Of a stretch of DNA of 64,000 bases, positions 9,828-17,880 are shown piece after piece. The stretch spans positions 1,239 to 65,238 of the forward strand of contig DHGA01000061.1 of NCBI GenBank assembly GCA_002402545.1, written 5' to 3'. Position 1 is the first letter of the stretch. Each line of letters opens with the position of its first letter. Source of the stretch: Syntrophaceae bacterium UBA4810 (GTDB lineage: Bacteria > Desulfobacterota > Syntrophia > Syntrophales > Smithellaceae). Below the pieces are notes generated by a model. The model did not search any database. It was not told the origin of the DNA and was given only the letters and a program-made list of their open reading frames with translations. The translations under genes and the position numbers were made by a program.

Positions 9828-10943
9828 ATGTTAAAAACGAGACTAACAGAATTATTGGGAATTAAGTACCCCATCATGCAGGCAGGCATGGGCCCATTTT
9901 CCAACAACAACCTTTGCGTGGCCGCGGCCAACGCCGGCTGCCTGGGACTGCTTTCCACCAGCGGTCTTTTCAACAAAGACGACCAGCCCTGGGTATACAA
10001 CGCCTTTTGTGACACCGGCGAAGCGAAACGTGACGACGATATGGCCACCGTGCTGGACACTGTTCTGAAACGCACGCATCGTCTGGTCAAAGACAAAGGC
10101 GGCGTTTTCGGCCCCAATGTGATGGTATCGGCAGAACTAAAAGACAAAGCCAACATCATGATCGAAACGGCCATCAAGGCGCGGGAAGAAAATCCCGACA
10201 TGAAAAAAACCCTCAAGGTAATTTATACATCTGCCGGTGATCCAATGGGCTGGGGAGAAAAAATTAAAGGCGCCGGCTTCATCTGGATTCATATCATCCC
10301 TTCCGTCAGAGCCGCATTGCGCTGCAAAAAGGCGGGTGTGGACGTGATTGTCGCTTCCGGCCATGAAGGCGGATTCCACACACATTGGGAACCGCTTCAT
10401 TCTATGGTTCTTTTCCCCGCCGTTGTCGAGGCAGTGTCCGACGCAAAAACGCTCGTAGTGGGCGGCGGCGGCGTATCCGACGGCAAAACTCTGGCCGCCA
10501 CTTTGGCTTTAGGTTGTGACGGAGCGCTGATGGGAACCCGCTTCCTCGCGACACAGGAAAGCGATTTTCCCCCGCTGTGGAAGCAATCCGTTGTAGAAGC
10601 GCAGGATCGCGGCACGCTCGTCGCCCGCGGTTATGTGGGCCCCGCCCGCTGGCTGAGAAATCCCCGCAGTGAAGAGCACGCGGTGAACACGCTGAAAAAA
10701 TCTCCCGGCGTGTTCCTCGGCACACCGGACAGCTATACAACCATGGAAGATATGTCTTTGATTGATTTTGAAAACGAATCTATCAAGGCCGTGTTTGAAG
10801 GAGACAAATCAAAAGCGATGATGGCCGCCGGCGAAGCCGCCCAGCGCATCAACGACATGCCCAAGGTTGAAGATTTGGTTAAAGCCATGGCCAAAGAGGC
10901 GGAAGACATTATCGTCAACATGCCCAAGAAATACGTTAAATAA
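9828..10943 (+). CDS. NAD(P)H-dependent flavin oxidoreductase (nitronate monooxygenase / FabK-like family)
   Basis: LLGIKYPIMQAGMG N-terminus and GG(G)VSDG...GTRF FMN-binding pattern. Confidence 0.8.
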   Translation: MLKTRLTELLGIKYPIMQAGMGPFSNNNLCVAAANAGCLGLLSTSGLFNKDDQPWVYNAFCDTGEAKRDDDMATVLDTVLKRTHRLVKDKGGVFGPNVMVSAELKDKANIMIETAIKAREENPDMKKTLKVIYTSAGDPMGWGEKIKGAGFIWIHIIPSVRAALRCKKAGVDVIVASGHEGGFHTHWEPLHSMVLFPAVVEAVSDAKTLVVGGGGVSDGKTLAATLALGCDGALMGTRFLATQESDFPPLWKQSVVEAQDRGTLVARGYVGPARWLRNPRSEEHAVNTLKKSPGVFLGTPDSYTTMEDMSLIDFENESIKAVFEGDKSKAMMAAGEAAQRINDMPKVEDLVKAMAKEAEDIIVNMPKKYVK

Positions 10944-10964
10944 AGATTTACACGCCAAACAAAA

Positions 10965-10991
10965 GCCGGAGGCGATTTCTGCGCCTCCGGC
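10965..10991 (+). terminator. GC-rich hairpin downstream of 9828-10943
   Basis: CCGGAGGCG-atttctg-CGCCTCCGG. No clean T-run follows. Confidence 0.4.
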
Positions 10992-11124
10992 AATTACAAT
11001 AAGGGGTGTTTTTATGCGTCACCTCGAATTTATTAAACCTGTAAACTGTTTCAAAAAGCAACTGATATATTTACCAGACATTACCCAGTTGTTATGATAA
11101 ATAAAATGAAGGAGGCTCAATGAA

Positions 11125-11664
11125 ATGGTAGAGCAACCAAAAAGAAGTTTAGGAAAAGCAATTGATTCAATTGTTGACGCACTAGAGACCTTGGATGATG
11201 ATTCAAAACTTATTGCGGTTAAAGCTGCATGTGCTCACCTGAATATCCCTTTGGGTAACGAAGCACAAACAGTTCTACCACCACGGACAGTAACGCCAAC
11301 TCAATCTGAACAGATAGCACCATCCTCAACTCAATCACCAGATAATACACAAATTATTGATATCAGGTCTCTCAAAGAGAGCAAAAACCCTAACAATGCT
11401 GTTGAGATGGCTTGTATTGTAGCATTTTACCTTGGAAACACTGCCCCAACCGAAGAAAGAAGGAATGAAATTTTTACCAAAGACATTGACCGCTATTTTA
11501 AGCAAGGAGGATTTCCTCTTCCTAAAGTGCCTGGCCAGGTATTACGTGATGCCAAGGCCGCTGGCTATTTGGATTCTGCCGGTCGAGGATCTTTTAAATT
11601 AAATCCTGTCGGTTATAATTTAGTTGCACATACTTTACCGCGAGCAAAAGGTAAAAAATCTTAG
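11125..11664 (+). CDS. hypothetical protein (AT-rich accessory DNA)
   Basis: GGAGG RBS and a 179-aa ORF. I recognised no family. Confidence 0.55.
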   Translation: MVEQPKRSLGKAIDSIVDALETLDDDSKLIAVKAACAHLNIPLGNEAQTVLPPRTVTPTQSEQIAPSSTQSPDNTQIIDIRSLKESKNPNNAVEMACIVAFYLGNTAPTEERRNEIFTKDIDRYFKQGGFPLPKVPGQVLRDAKAAGYLDSAGRGSFKLNPVGYNLVAHTLPRAKGKKS

Positions 11665-11713
11665 CTTTGTTCTTGGCTGGTATCAAATCTTTGAAGGATT
11701 TAGGTCTTATTAA

Positions 11714-12517
11714 ATGATTGAACATATCAGAACTTTACAAGAAGCTCTTAATTCTCTGCAAATTGGCCTTCGTAAAATAAGATCAAAACAGATTCATCAT
11801 AAAAAGATCATTGCTGCTTCAAAAAAGATAGTTGATATTTATTTTAGAGAACTTCGTGAATTTCTTTTGAGTGCCTGCAACAACACGTCTGTTATTACAG
11901 ATCTGGATGCTAATATGCAAGACCTTCTTGAAGCAACACATAAGAAGACTAGTATCGGTATTTATAAGAGCAGGGTATCAAAAATAAAAAATCTACTATT
12001 GGAAACAGAAAAACTTATCCTTTTATCAGCAAGTAATTCTAATAACAGACATCAACTTACCCCTGCTGACAGAAGGGTAATAGAGACATTAAAGAAAATT
12101 CTCCCCTCGGCTGCGTTATCGTATGAGCAAGCATTAATAGATATGGAATCGTCGCACCGCTTATCCTGGAGGGGACCAGCGACAGATTTACGTGAGGCAT
12201 TAAGAGAGTGTTTAGATCATTTAGCCCCTGATAAGGAAGTTGAAGATGCCCCCGGATTTAAACGCGAACCAAATGCAAATGGCCCCACTATGAAACAAAA
12301 AACTACATATATACTGAGGAGTAGGCAATTATCTAAGGAATCAATTAAATCAGCACAAGATTCGGTTGCACTGATTGATGAAATGCTTGGATCATTTGTC
12401 CGATCAATTTATACACGCGCAAGTATATCAACACATACACCAACGGATAAAAAAGAAGTGGGGCGTATTTGTGATTTGGTAAGATTTGTTCTATGTGAAC
12501 TATTATCAATTTCATAA
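11714..12517 (+). CDS. hypothetical protein with C-terminal Rx5H (HEPN-like?) motif
   Basis: 267-aa ORF with RASISTH near the C-terminus. Family not recognised. Confidence 0.5.
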   Translation: MIEHIRTLQEALNSLQIGLRKIRSKQIHHKKIIAASKKIVDIYFRELREFLLSACNNTSVITDLDANMQDLLEATHKKTSIGIYKSRVSKIKNLLLETEKLILLSASNSNNRHQLTPADRRVIETLKKILPSAALSYEQALIDMESSHRLSWRGPATDLREALRECLDHLAPDKEVEDAPGFKREPNANGPTMKQKTTYILRSRQLSKESIKSAQDSVALIDEMLGSFVRSIYTRASISTHTPTDKKEVGRICDLVRFVLCELLSIS

Positions 12518-12520
12518 GAA

Positions 12521-12587
12521 TCCTAACCAGTCGCTAAAGCCGATCGCAGCGCCTGCGGCGCCGCTCCGGCTTAGCTTTTCGTTGGGC
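12521..12587 (+). repeat. attC-like recombination site 1
   Basis: TCCTAAC...CGCTAAAGCCGATCG...GCCGCTCCGGCTTAGCTTTTC-GTTGGGC. Imperfect palindrome with unpaired bases. It begins 4 nt after the upstream stop and ends 8-20 nt before the next start. Confidence 0.65.
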
Positions 12588-12606
12588 AACAAAATTGAAT
12601 ACAATC

Positions 12607-13686
12607 ATGAAGCGAGAAAACAGGCTTTTCATAGATGAATGTGGTTATACGGGAGAAGACCTCTTTAATGAGGATCAACCCGTTTTTGTCCTAGCCAGTT
12701 TCTGGTTAGCTGAAGAATATTGCGTCGATTTAAAACACAAATATTTCTCAAAAGTAAAAGCCAAAGAGCTGAAACATTCACGTTTATCAAGATATCCCGC
12801 CCAACAAAATATGGTTATTGATTTTCTTCGTGATATAGCAAAGGAATCAGACTCAGTCAAATTTGCCATTGCCCATAAACATTATGTTCTTATAACTAAA
12901 ATTGTTGACCTTCTTATCGAACCAATGGCGTATGAAGATGGTTTAGATTTCTATCAAGATGGTCTCAATATAGCTTTTTCAAATATGCTATACATCCAAA
13001 CCAAAAGACTCGCAGGAGATGATTTTTTTAAATGTATGCTCAAAAGTTTTCAGCAAATGATGAGAGAAAGGACATATCCCGCGTATGAAGCTTTTTTTAG
13101 GCCCATTTGCGAAAAAAAATTTCATAAAAAGCTTGATGAATTTTTTATTTTTCTTAAGGCACATCACGTACGATATGGCCCCAATTTTTTACGTACAATT
13201 CCGAAAGATGCGCTTGAAATTGCCTTTGCTGAAGCATTCAATTTGGTAGCTGAGTGGTCGAAATCTATTCAAGGCAATTTTTCACTTATACATGACAAAT
13301 CTTCAAATATGGCCAAAAATAAAAAGGCCTGGGATAAAGTGCTTCACCCTGCGGTTCCACCCAAAGTTGTAGGCTACGACAGGAGAAAAATGTATTTTCC
13401 CATTCGGACGGAAAAATCAGACTTCGAGAATTCATCTGATTTTGCAGGATTGCAACTTGTGGACATATTAGCAGGAGCAATGGCCAGATGTATGAAATGG
13501 AATATTCAGGGGGAAGAAGATCATGACGACTATGCGAAAGAATTGTCATCCTTTTTGCCAGAGTCATTTGGAGGACATATGCTTTGGCCTAGTACAAATG
13601 TAACTCCCAAAGATCTTGGGACAACTGGTCCAAAGGCTGAAGATGCAATACAGCATTTCATTGACTTGATCAAAGATGTTATCTAA
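12607..13686 (+). CDS. DUF3800 domain protein
   Basis: N-terminal FIDECGYTG (DE motif) and C-terminal LQLVDILAGA motif typical of DUF3800. The ATG at 12607 is preferred over the TTG at 12595. Confidence 0.65.
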   Translation: MKRENRLFIDECGYTGEDLFNEDQPVFVLASFWLAEEYCVDLKHKYFSKVKAKELKHSRLSRYPAQQNMVIDFLRDIAKESDSVKFAIAHKHYVLITKIVDLLIEPMAYEDGLDFYQDGLNIAFSNMLYIQTKRLAGDDFFKCMLKSFQQMMRERTYPAYEAFFRPICEKKFHKKLDEFFIFLKAHHVRYGPNFLRTIPKDALEIAFAEAFNLVAEWSKSIQGNFSLIHDKSSNMAKNKKAWDKVLHPAVPPKVVGYDRRKMYFPIRTEKSDFENSSDFAGLQLVDILAGAMARCMKWNIQGEEDHDDYAKELSSFLPESFGGHMLWPSTNVTPKDLGTTGPKAEDAIQHFIDLIKDVI

Positions 13687-13708
13687 CAATAATGAACTTA
13701 AGGGCAAT

Positions 13709-13772
13709 GCCCAACACCCGCTAAAGCCGATCGTGGCCACAAGGGCCGCTCCGGCTGAGCTTTTCGTTGGGC
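13709..13772 (+). repeat. attC-like recombination site 2
   Basis: GCCCAAC (RYYYAAC) ...CGCTAAAGCCGATCG...GCCGCTCCGGCTGAGCTTTTC-GTTGGGC (GTTRRRY). The ends are exact reverse complements. It shares an obviously related internal sequence with site 1. Confidence 0.7.
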
Positions 13773-13783
13773 AGGAGAAGGAC

Positions 13784-14386
13784 ATGAAGAAGCGATGCGA
13801 GTGGTGCGGCGGTGATCTCCTGTATATTGCCTACCACGATGAAGAGTGGGGTGTCCCTGTTCATGATGACCGCCTGTTGTTTGAGTTCCTTGTGCTGGAA
13901 GGAGCACAGGCGGGACTAAGCTGGCTGACCATCCTGAGGAAACGGGAGAACTATCGGAAGGCGTTTGACGCCTTCGAGTGTGAGCGTGTTGCCAAATACA
14001 CAGGGCATGACGTAACGCGCTTGCTCTCGGACTCCGGAATCGTACGGAATCGGCTCAAGATCGAATCGACCATCAAGAACGCTCGCACCGTTCTTGAAAT
14101 CCAGAATGAATGGGGCTCTCTGGATGCGTACTTATGGCGCTATGTTGATGGCATCCCAAAGCAGAACATGTGGAAATCTATGGCGGAGTTGCCCGCGAAG
14201 ACCGAAACGTCCGACATGATGAGCAAGGATTTGAAGAAGCGCGGATTCAACTTCGTGGGCTCAACAATCTGCTACGCATTCATGCAGGCGGTCGGCATGG
14301 TGAACGACCACACCACAGACTGCTTTCGCTACAGGGAGATCAAGAAGCTGAGATCGTCCAACCAGCCATCGGAAGCGACTCGCTAA
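13784..14386 (+). CDS. tag: DNA-3-methyladenine glycosylase I
   Basis: CEWC...YHDEEWGVPVHDD...LEGAQAGLSW signature. GGAG RBS, with the start 12 nt after the attC R' box. Confidence 0.9.
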   Translation: MKKRCEWCGGDLLYIAYHDEEWGVPVHDDRLLFEFLVLEGAQAGLSWLTILRKRENYRKAFDAFECERVAKYTGHDVTRLLSDSGIVRNRLKIESTIKNARTVLEIQNEWGSLDAYLWRYVDGIPKQNMWKSMAELPAKTETSDMMSKDLKKRGFNFVGSTICYAFMQAVGMVNDHTTDCFRYREIKKLRSSNQPSEATR

Positions 14387-14417
14387 AGCTCGCTCCTAAA
14401 TGGCTAACGTTAAGGGA
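14355..14417 (+). repeat. attC-like recombination site 3 (more divergent, overlaps tag 3' end)
   Basis: GTCCAAC...AGCCAT.GGAAGCGA-loop(CGCTAAAGC)-TCGCTCC...ATGGCT-AAC-GTTAAGG. Arms pair with bulges. The next ORF starts 11 nt downstream. Confidence 0.5.
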
Positions 14418-14428
14418 AAAAACATATT

Positions 14429-14782
14429 ATGCAGTACACCACTGTTCCTTTGTATGTCTCTACGCCGACAATGAAGAGCCTGGGCAATGAATATACTATC
14501 TTCGAGGACAAAATAGATTTGAGGTGCAGGTATTTGTTTTTCAATAAGATAATTACCGTGAAAAAGGAGGATATCGTTTCTATCGACGTATTCAGGCCAC
14601 CGGTAATCAGAACTTCGTTTAAAGCGCTAAAGCTTGATCTCGCGGATTTTTATGAGCATGTCGGCATAACCAGAAAGGGCGGCGTTTTCAGTCAATTGCG
14701 TTTTACCCCGGAAGACCCGCAGAAATTTGTTGCCGCGGCCAAAGAGGTTTTTGATATTGCTAATAAATCAAAGGAGATTTAA
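14429..14782 (+). CDS. hypothetical protein
   Basis: 117-aa ORF immediately after attC-like site 3. Confidence 0.5.
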   Translation: MQYTTVPLYVSTPTMKSLGNEYTIFEDKIDLRCRYLFFNKIITVKKEDIVSIDVFRPPVIRTSFKALKLDLADFYEHVGITRKGGVFSQLRFTPEDPQKFVAAAKEVFDIANKSKEI

Positions 14783-14784
14783 AC

Positions 14785-15120
14785 ATGCCCGAAAAGTTAT
14801 CAGAGATAAAAGATTTGACCAATGTATTGAAGCTAAAAGATATCGTCGCCTATCAGGAGCATTCCGTGGTGAGCCGGGAATTAATCCGCAAGCCAACCGG
14901 AACGCTGAGCGTTTTTGCCTTTGACCAGGGCGAAGGCTTAAGCGAACATACCGCGCCATTTGACGCAGTGGTCTGCATCCTGGAGGGCGAAGCGCAAATC
15001 AGCATTGATAAAAAGCCCCATACGATTAAAGAAGGCGAGATGCTGATTATGCCCGCCAACAAGCCACACGCGCTGCAGGCTGTCACCAAATTCAAAATGT
15101 TATTGGTGATGATTAAATAA
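14785..15120 (+). CDS. cupin domain protein
   Basis: GEMLIMPANKPHAL and H..P....V.EG cupin motifs. 111 aa. Confidence 0.7.
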   Translation: MPEKLSEIKDLTNVLKLKDIVAYQEHSVVSRELIRKPTGTLSVFAFDQGEGLSEHTAPFDAVVCILEGEAQISIDKKPHTIKEGEMLIMPANKPHALQAVTKFKMLLVMIK

Positions 15121-15209
15121 AGATTAGGATTATTATATAAATACACTTTTTTAACATTCCAAATGTTTGGCAGCAAAACAAATGACTTGATTTTCAAAAA
15201 GATTACTTC

Positions 15210-15238
15210 TTGACATTAGTAAACATATTGTTTATCAT
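15210..15238 (+). promoter_or_regulatory. sigma70-type promoter of higBA (TTGACA-17-TATCAT)
   Basis: The -10 box ends 6 nt before the higB ATG, which implies a leaderless or near-leaderless mRNA. Confidence 0.5.
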
Positions 15239-15244
15239 GCCTGC

Positions 15245-15526
15245 ATGATCAAGTCTTTTCGTTGCCGTGAAACCGAGAAGATATTTCGGCGTGAGTTTTC
15301 ACATAAGTTTCCTCGAGACATCCAGCAGCGCGCCTTCATAAAACTCAACGCCCTTGATGCGGCAATAAAAATTGAAGATTTGCGTTTGCCACCTTCTAAT
15401 CGGCTGGAGACATTAAAAGGAAAGCGACAGGGACAATGGAGCATCAGAATCAATGACCAATGGCGTCTTTGCTTCACATGGAAAGACGGCCATGCAGAAA
15501 ACGTTGAAATCGTTGATTATCATTAA
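15245..15526 (+). CDS. higB: HigB-type (RelE/ParE superfamily) toxin
   Basis: 93 aa. The pattern ...LKGKRQGQWSIRINDQWRLCF.W......VEIVDYH is typical of plasmid-maintenance killer HigB. Confidence 0.8.
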   Translation: MIKSFRCRETEKIFRREFSHKFPRDIQQRAFIKLNALDAAIKIEDLRLPPSNRLETLKGKRQGQWSIRINDQWRLCFTWKDGHAENVEIVDYH

Positions 15527-15537
15527 GGAGATTTAAA

Positions 15538-15840
15538 ATGGCAAAAAAACCAATAAAGCCAGTTCATCCGGGAGTTTATTTAAAAGAGTTGCTCAATGAG
15601 CTCGAGCTTTCACAGTATCGCCTCGCAAAAGAGTTGAATGTTCCGGCGATGCGTATTAATTATGTAATAAACGGCAAACGCCCCGTGAATGCATCTCTAG
15701 CTTTGAGATTGGGAAGGTATTTCAGCCAAGACCCGCGTTACTGGATCAATCTGCAGAGCCGCTACGATATGGATATAGCCGAAGACGCGCTGGAAAATAA
15801 AATCGTCCGCGAGGTTCATCCCCTGAGAATGGCAGGATAG
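15538..15840 (+). CDS. higA: HigA-type XRE-HTH antitoxin
   Basis: PVHPGVYLKELL...LSQYRLAKELNVPAMRINYVINGKR pattern. Toxin-first gene order. Confidence 0.8.
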   Translation: MAKKPIKPVHPGVYLKELLNELELSQYRLAKELNVPAMRINYVINGKRPVNASLALRLGRYFSQDPRYWINLQSRYDMDIAEDALENKIVREVHPLRMAG

Positions 15841-15875
15841 CATAAATAATTTAGATGCTGAAATTTATTGATTGT

Positions 15876-15910
15876 GAGGCGGAGGCCTTTTGGCCGCCGC
15901 CTCTTTTTTT
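15876..15910 (+). terminator. intrinsic terminator after higA
   Basis: GAGGCGGAGGCC-tttt-GGCCGCCGCCTC followed by T7. Confidence 0.7.
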
Positions 15911-15916
15911 AATAAC

Positions 15917-16540
15917 CTAAATCCACTTAAGAATTCCCGCAAAAACAATCAGCATCAGGGCATTGACGCCAAAGAACGTGCCAATAACTATCTTCTGCGT
16001 TTTGGGCTTCCAATCGTAGGAATACATGGAGACGACAAAGAAGGGAATGTACACGGTGATAAACACGGGGATCGAGCCCCACCACGGATATACCCAGACG
16101 AAAGCGGGCGTTTTGGCCAGAAATATCTCAAAGATGGAGAAAAAGGCCGCGGCGCCCAGCGCGATAAAGAGACGGTTGTTGATGCCCAGTATTTTCTTTT
16201 TCGGTTTGGGATCGAGCAGCTTGCTGTAGACTAACCCTGCGGCGGCAAACATGATGCTGAGTTCCGCGCACACGCCTACCAGCAGCAAAAAACCCGTGCC
16301 GGTGGGAACAGTCCAGAGCGCGTGTCCGCTGAAATGCTGAATTAAAGCGTTGATAATTTCATAAAACCAGTGAACCATATACAAAGACAGGCCCGCGGCG
16401 ATGCCTTTGTAATTCTTTCGCGCGTACTCATCGAAGTAAATGTAGAAGAGAAACATCAAAAGCGGAATGATATACCACTGGAAATTCTCGCCGTTTCTGA
16501 GGATCGCCAGCGCCTGTGTTGTTGCTTCGGGATTGTTCAT
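15917..16540 (-). CDS. hypothetical integral membrane protein
   Basis: 207 aa with about 6 TM segments. Confidence 0.55.
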   Translation of the reverse strand: MNNPEATTQALAILRNGENFQWYIIPLLMFLFYIYFDEYARKNYKGIAAGLSLYMVHWFYEIINALIQHFSGHALWTVPTGTGFLLLVGVCAELSIMFAAAGLVYSKLLDPKPKKKILGINNRLFIALGAAAFFSIFEIFLAKTPAFVWVYPWWGSIPVFITVYIPFFVVSMYSYDWKPKTQKIVIGTFFGVNALMLIVFAGILKWI

Positions 16541-16778
16541 AATTGTGCCCTCCCTTTTCTGGTTTATTTCCGCATAATGTACCGATCCGCAAAGGCGGCG
16601 TCAATCGGAATTTATATTCTGAAATTATTCCACTTTTTTATAAATTCTCCGGCTTCATTGTTTTGTGTTCTTTTTTTTTCTTAATGAAGGTATAATCCAA
16701 AAACCTGCCAAGCGGGTATATTAATCGTTGCACAGGCGCATAGCGACTCGCCTACGCCGCAAAGGGGATAGATTGCCA

Positions 16779-17483
16779 ATGAGAACGCTCATCAATCCTT
16801 TTGGAATCATTGCGCTGGGGTTGACTTCAATATTTATCGTCGTCCAGGGATGGTCACTTCCGGAATTCTGCTGGAGCATCTGGCTGGCCGGACTTGTTTA
16901 CGCATGGGGCTGTATCCTGACAGCGCTTCTGCATATAGTTCTGACTGCCCGGTCGCAAAAAGCTTTCTACGAGCAAAAATGGCCATTTCTTCAGCGTCTT
17001 TCTCCGATGCCTTTCCTTATGTGCGTAACCGTTGCCGCCATATGTGCGGGATTTTTAGGTTTTCGCATATATACTTTTTTATTCGGTTTTTATGGCTTGT
17101 TTCTCTCTGTTTTTGCGGAAATGGAGCCTTTTTCTCTTTTCGGAAGAAATGGATTTATTAACTCAGATTTTTTCACCCCTGTGGCATACCTCTTAAATCG
17201 CTTCTGGCCCATGGCAGCAGGTGTAGTTATTGCGAACTGGGACGATTTCTTGCGTCATAACCCGTGGAAGCGTATCGTGTTACCCTTTCAAAAAGAAATA
17301 GTACGTCTGCATATCATGATTCTTGCCTTGCCTTTTTTATCGCTTATCGCGTGGTTTATCTTCGGAGAGGCATACCAGCTAATAACCATTTTACTGCTCT
17401 TGGGACTTTTCTATCTTTTGCCCAAGAAGGCATTGATAAATCAATCGGCGAGGAAAAATGAAGTCGACAATCGCTCCCAATAG
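16779..17483 (+). CDS. hypothetical integral membrane protein
   Basis: Multi-TM ORF. ATG at 16779 with an AAGGGGA RBS. Confidence 0.55.
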   Translation: MRTLINPFGIIALGLTSIFIVVQGWSLPEFCWSIWLAGLVYAWGCILTALLHIVLTARSQKAFYEQKWPFLQRLSPMPFLMCVTVAAICAGFLGFRIYTFLFGFYGLFLSVFAEMEPFSLFGRNGFINSDFFTPVAYLLNRFWPMAAGVVIANWDDFLRHNPWKRIVLPFQKEIVRLHIMILALPFLSLIAWFIFGEAYQLITILLLLGLFYLLPKKALINQSARKNEVDNRSQ

Positions 17484-17484
17484 A

Positions 17485-17604
17485 GAAGCCCTTGATCCGC
17501 TCCCTGCGCACGGGTTTCGGGATAACAACTATGTCGGACTGGAGCACCCACCGCAAAGCTATCTGCGACGGTTTTTTGCCGTATGCCTTGCCTGGCGCGG
17601 CCAA
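17485..17604 (-). pseudogene. aldo/keto reductase C-terminal remnant
   Basis: AYGKKPSQIALRWVLQSDIVVIPKPVRRERI matches the conserved AKR C-terminal block (..GKTPAQVALRW.LQ.G..VIPKS....RI). The roughly 230-aa N-terminal part is absent. Confidence 0.6.
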
Positions 17605-17616
17605 GCGTTGAAAGTT

Positions 17617-17774
17617 AATCTTTCATTGACACACAAAGCCGTCTGTCTTAATATTACAACAGTGTAAAACACTTTTTTATTTCCGGCGCATAGGCAAAAC
17701 CCATCTATGGATAGTCCCACAGGCGAAATCAAAGGAGTGGAATACCGCGAGGAATTTGTTGCGGTTGATGATGC
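17617..17774 (+). repeat. left copy of a direct repeat (promoter box plus first 23 codons of the alpha/beta-hydrolase gene)
   Basis: 17617-17651 matches 21726-21760 (35 bp, 2 mismatches) and 17706-17774 matches 21806-21874 (69 bp, 2 mismatches). Contains TTGACA(17626)-17-TAATAT. Confidence 0.85.
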
Positions 17775-17880
17775 GGACGGAAAACCAGGCGGTACACAAG
17801 CAAAGCAAAAATCAATCGGCAATATCGCGAGGCACTGCATTGTTTGCATGAAAAGGAGGAATCTCAAGCATGGCAACTGA
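17707..17880 (+). pseudogene. 57-codon chimeric ORF: duplicated hydrolase N-terminus (MDSPTGEIKGVEYREEFVAVDDA) fused to unrelated sequence
   Basis: My own translation. Its TGA (17878-17880) overlaps the ATG region (17870) of the next gene. Confidence 0.5.

Noticed and set aside
10944-11124. attI site or integron integrase upstream of the first cassette
   Set aside because: There is no recombinase ORF in either direction. The only GTT-containing candidate (GTTATGA, about 11089) violates the core consensus.
15150-15176. TTTTAAC-attccaaat-GTTTGGC as a fourth attC site after the cupin gene
   Set aside because: The boxes are only 9 nt apart, neither fits RYYYAAC/GTTRRRY, and there is no L-box region. 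It is a short hairpin at best.
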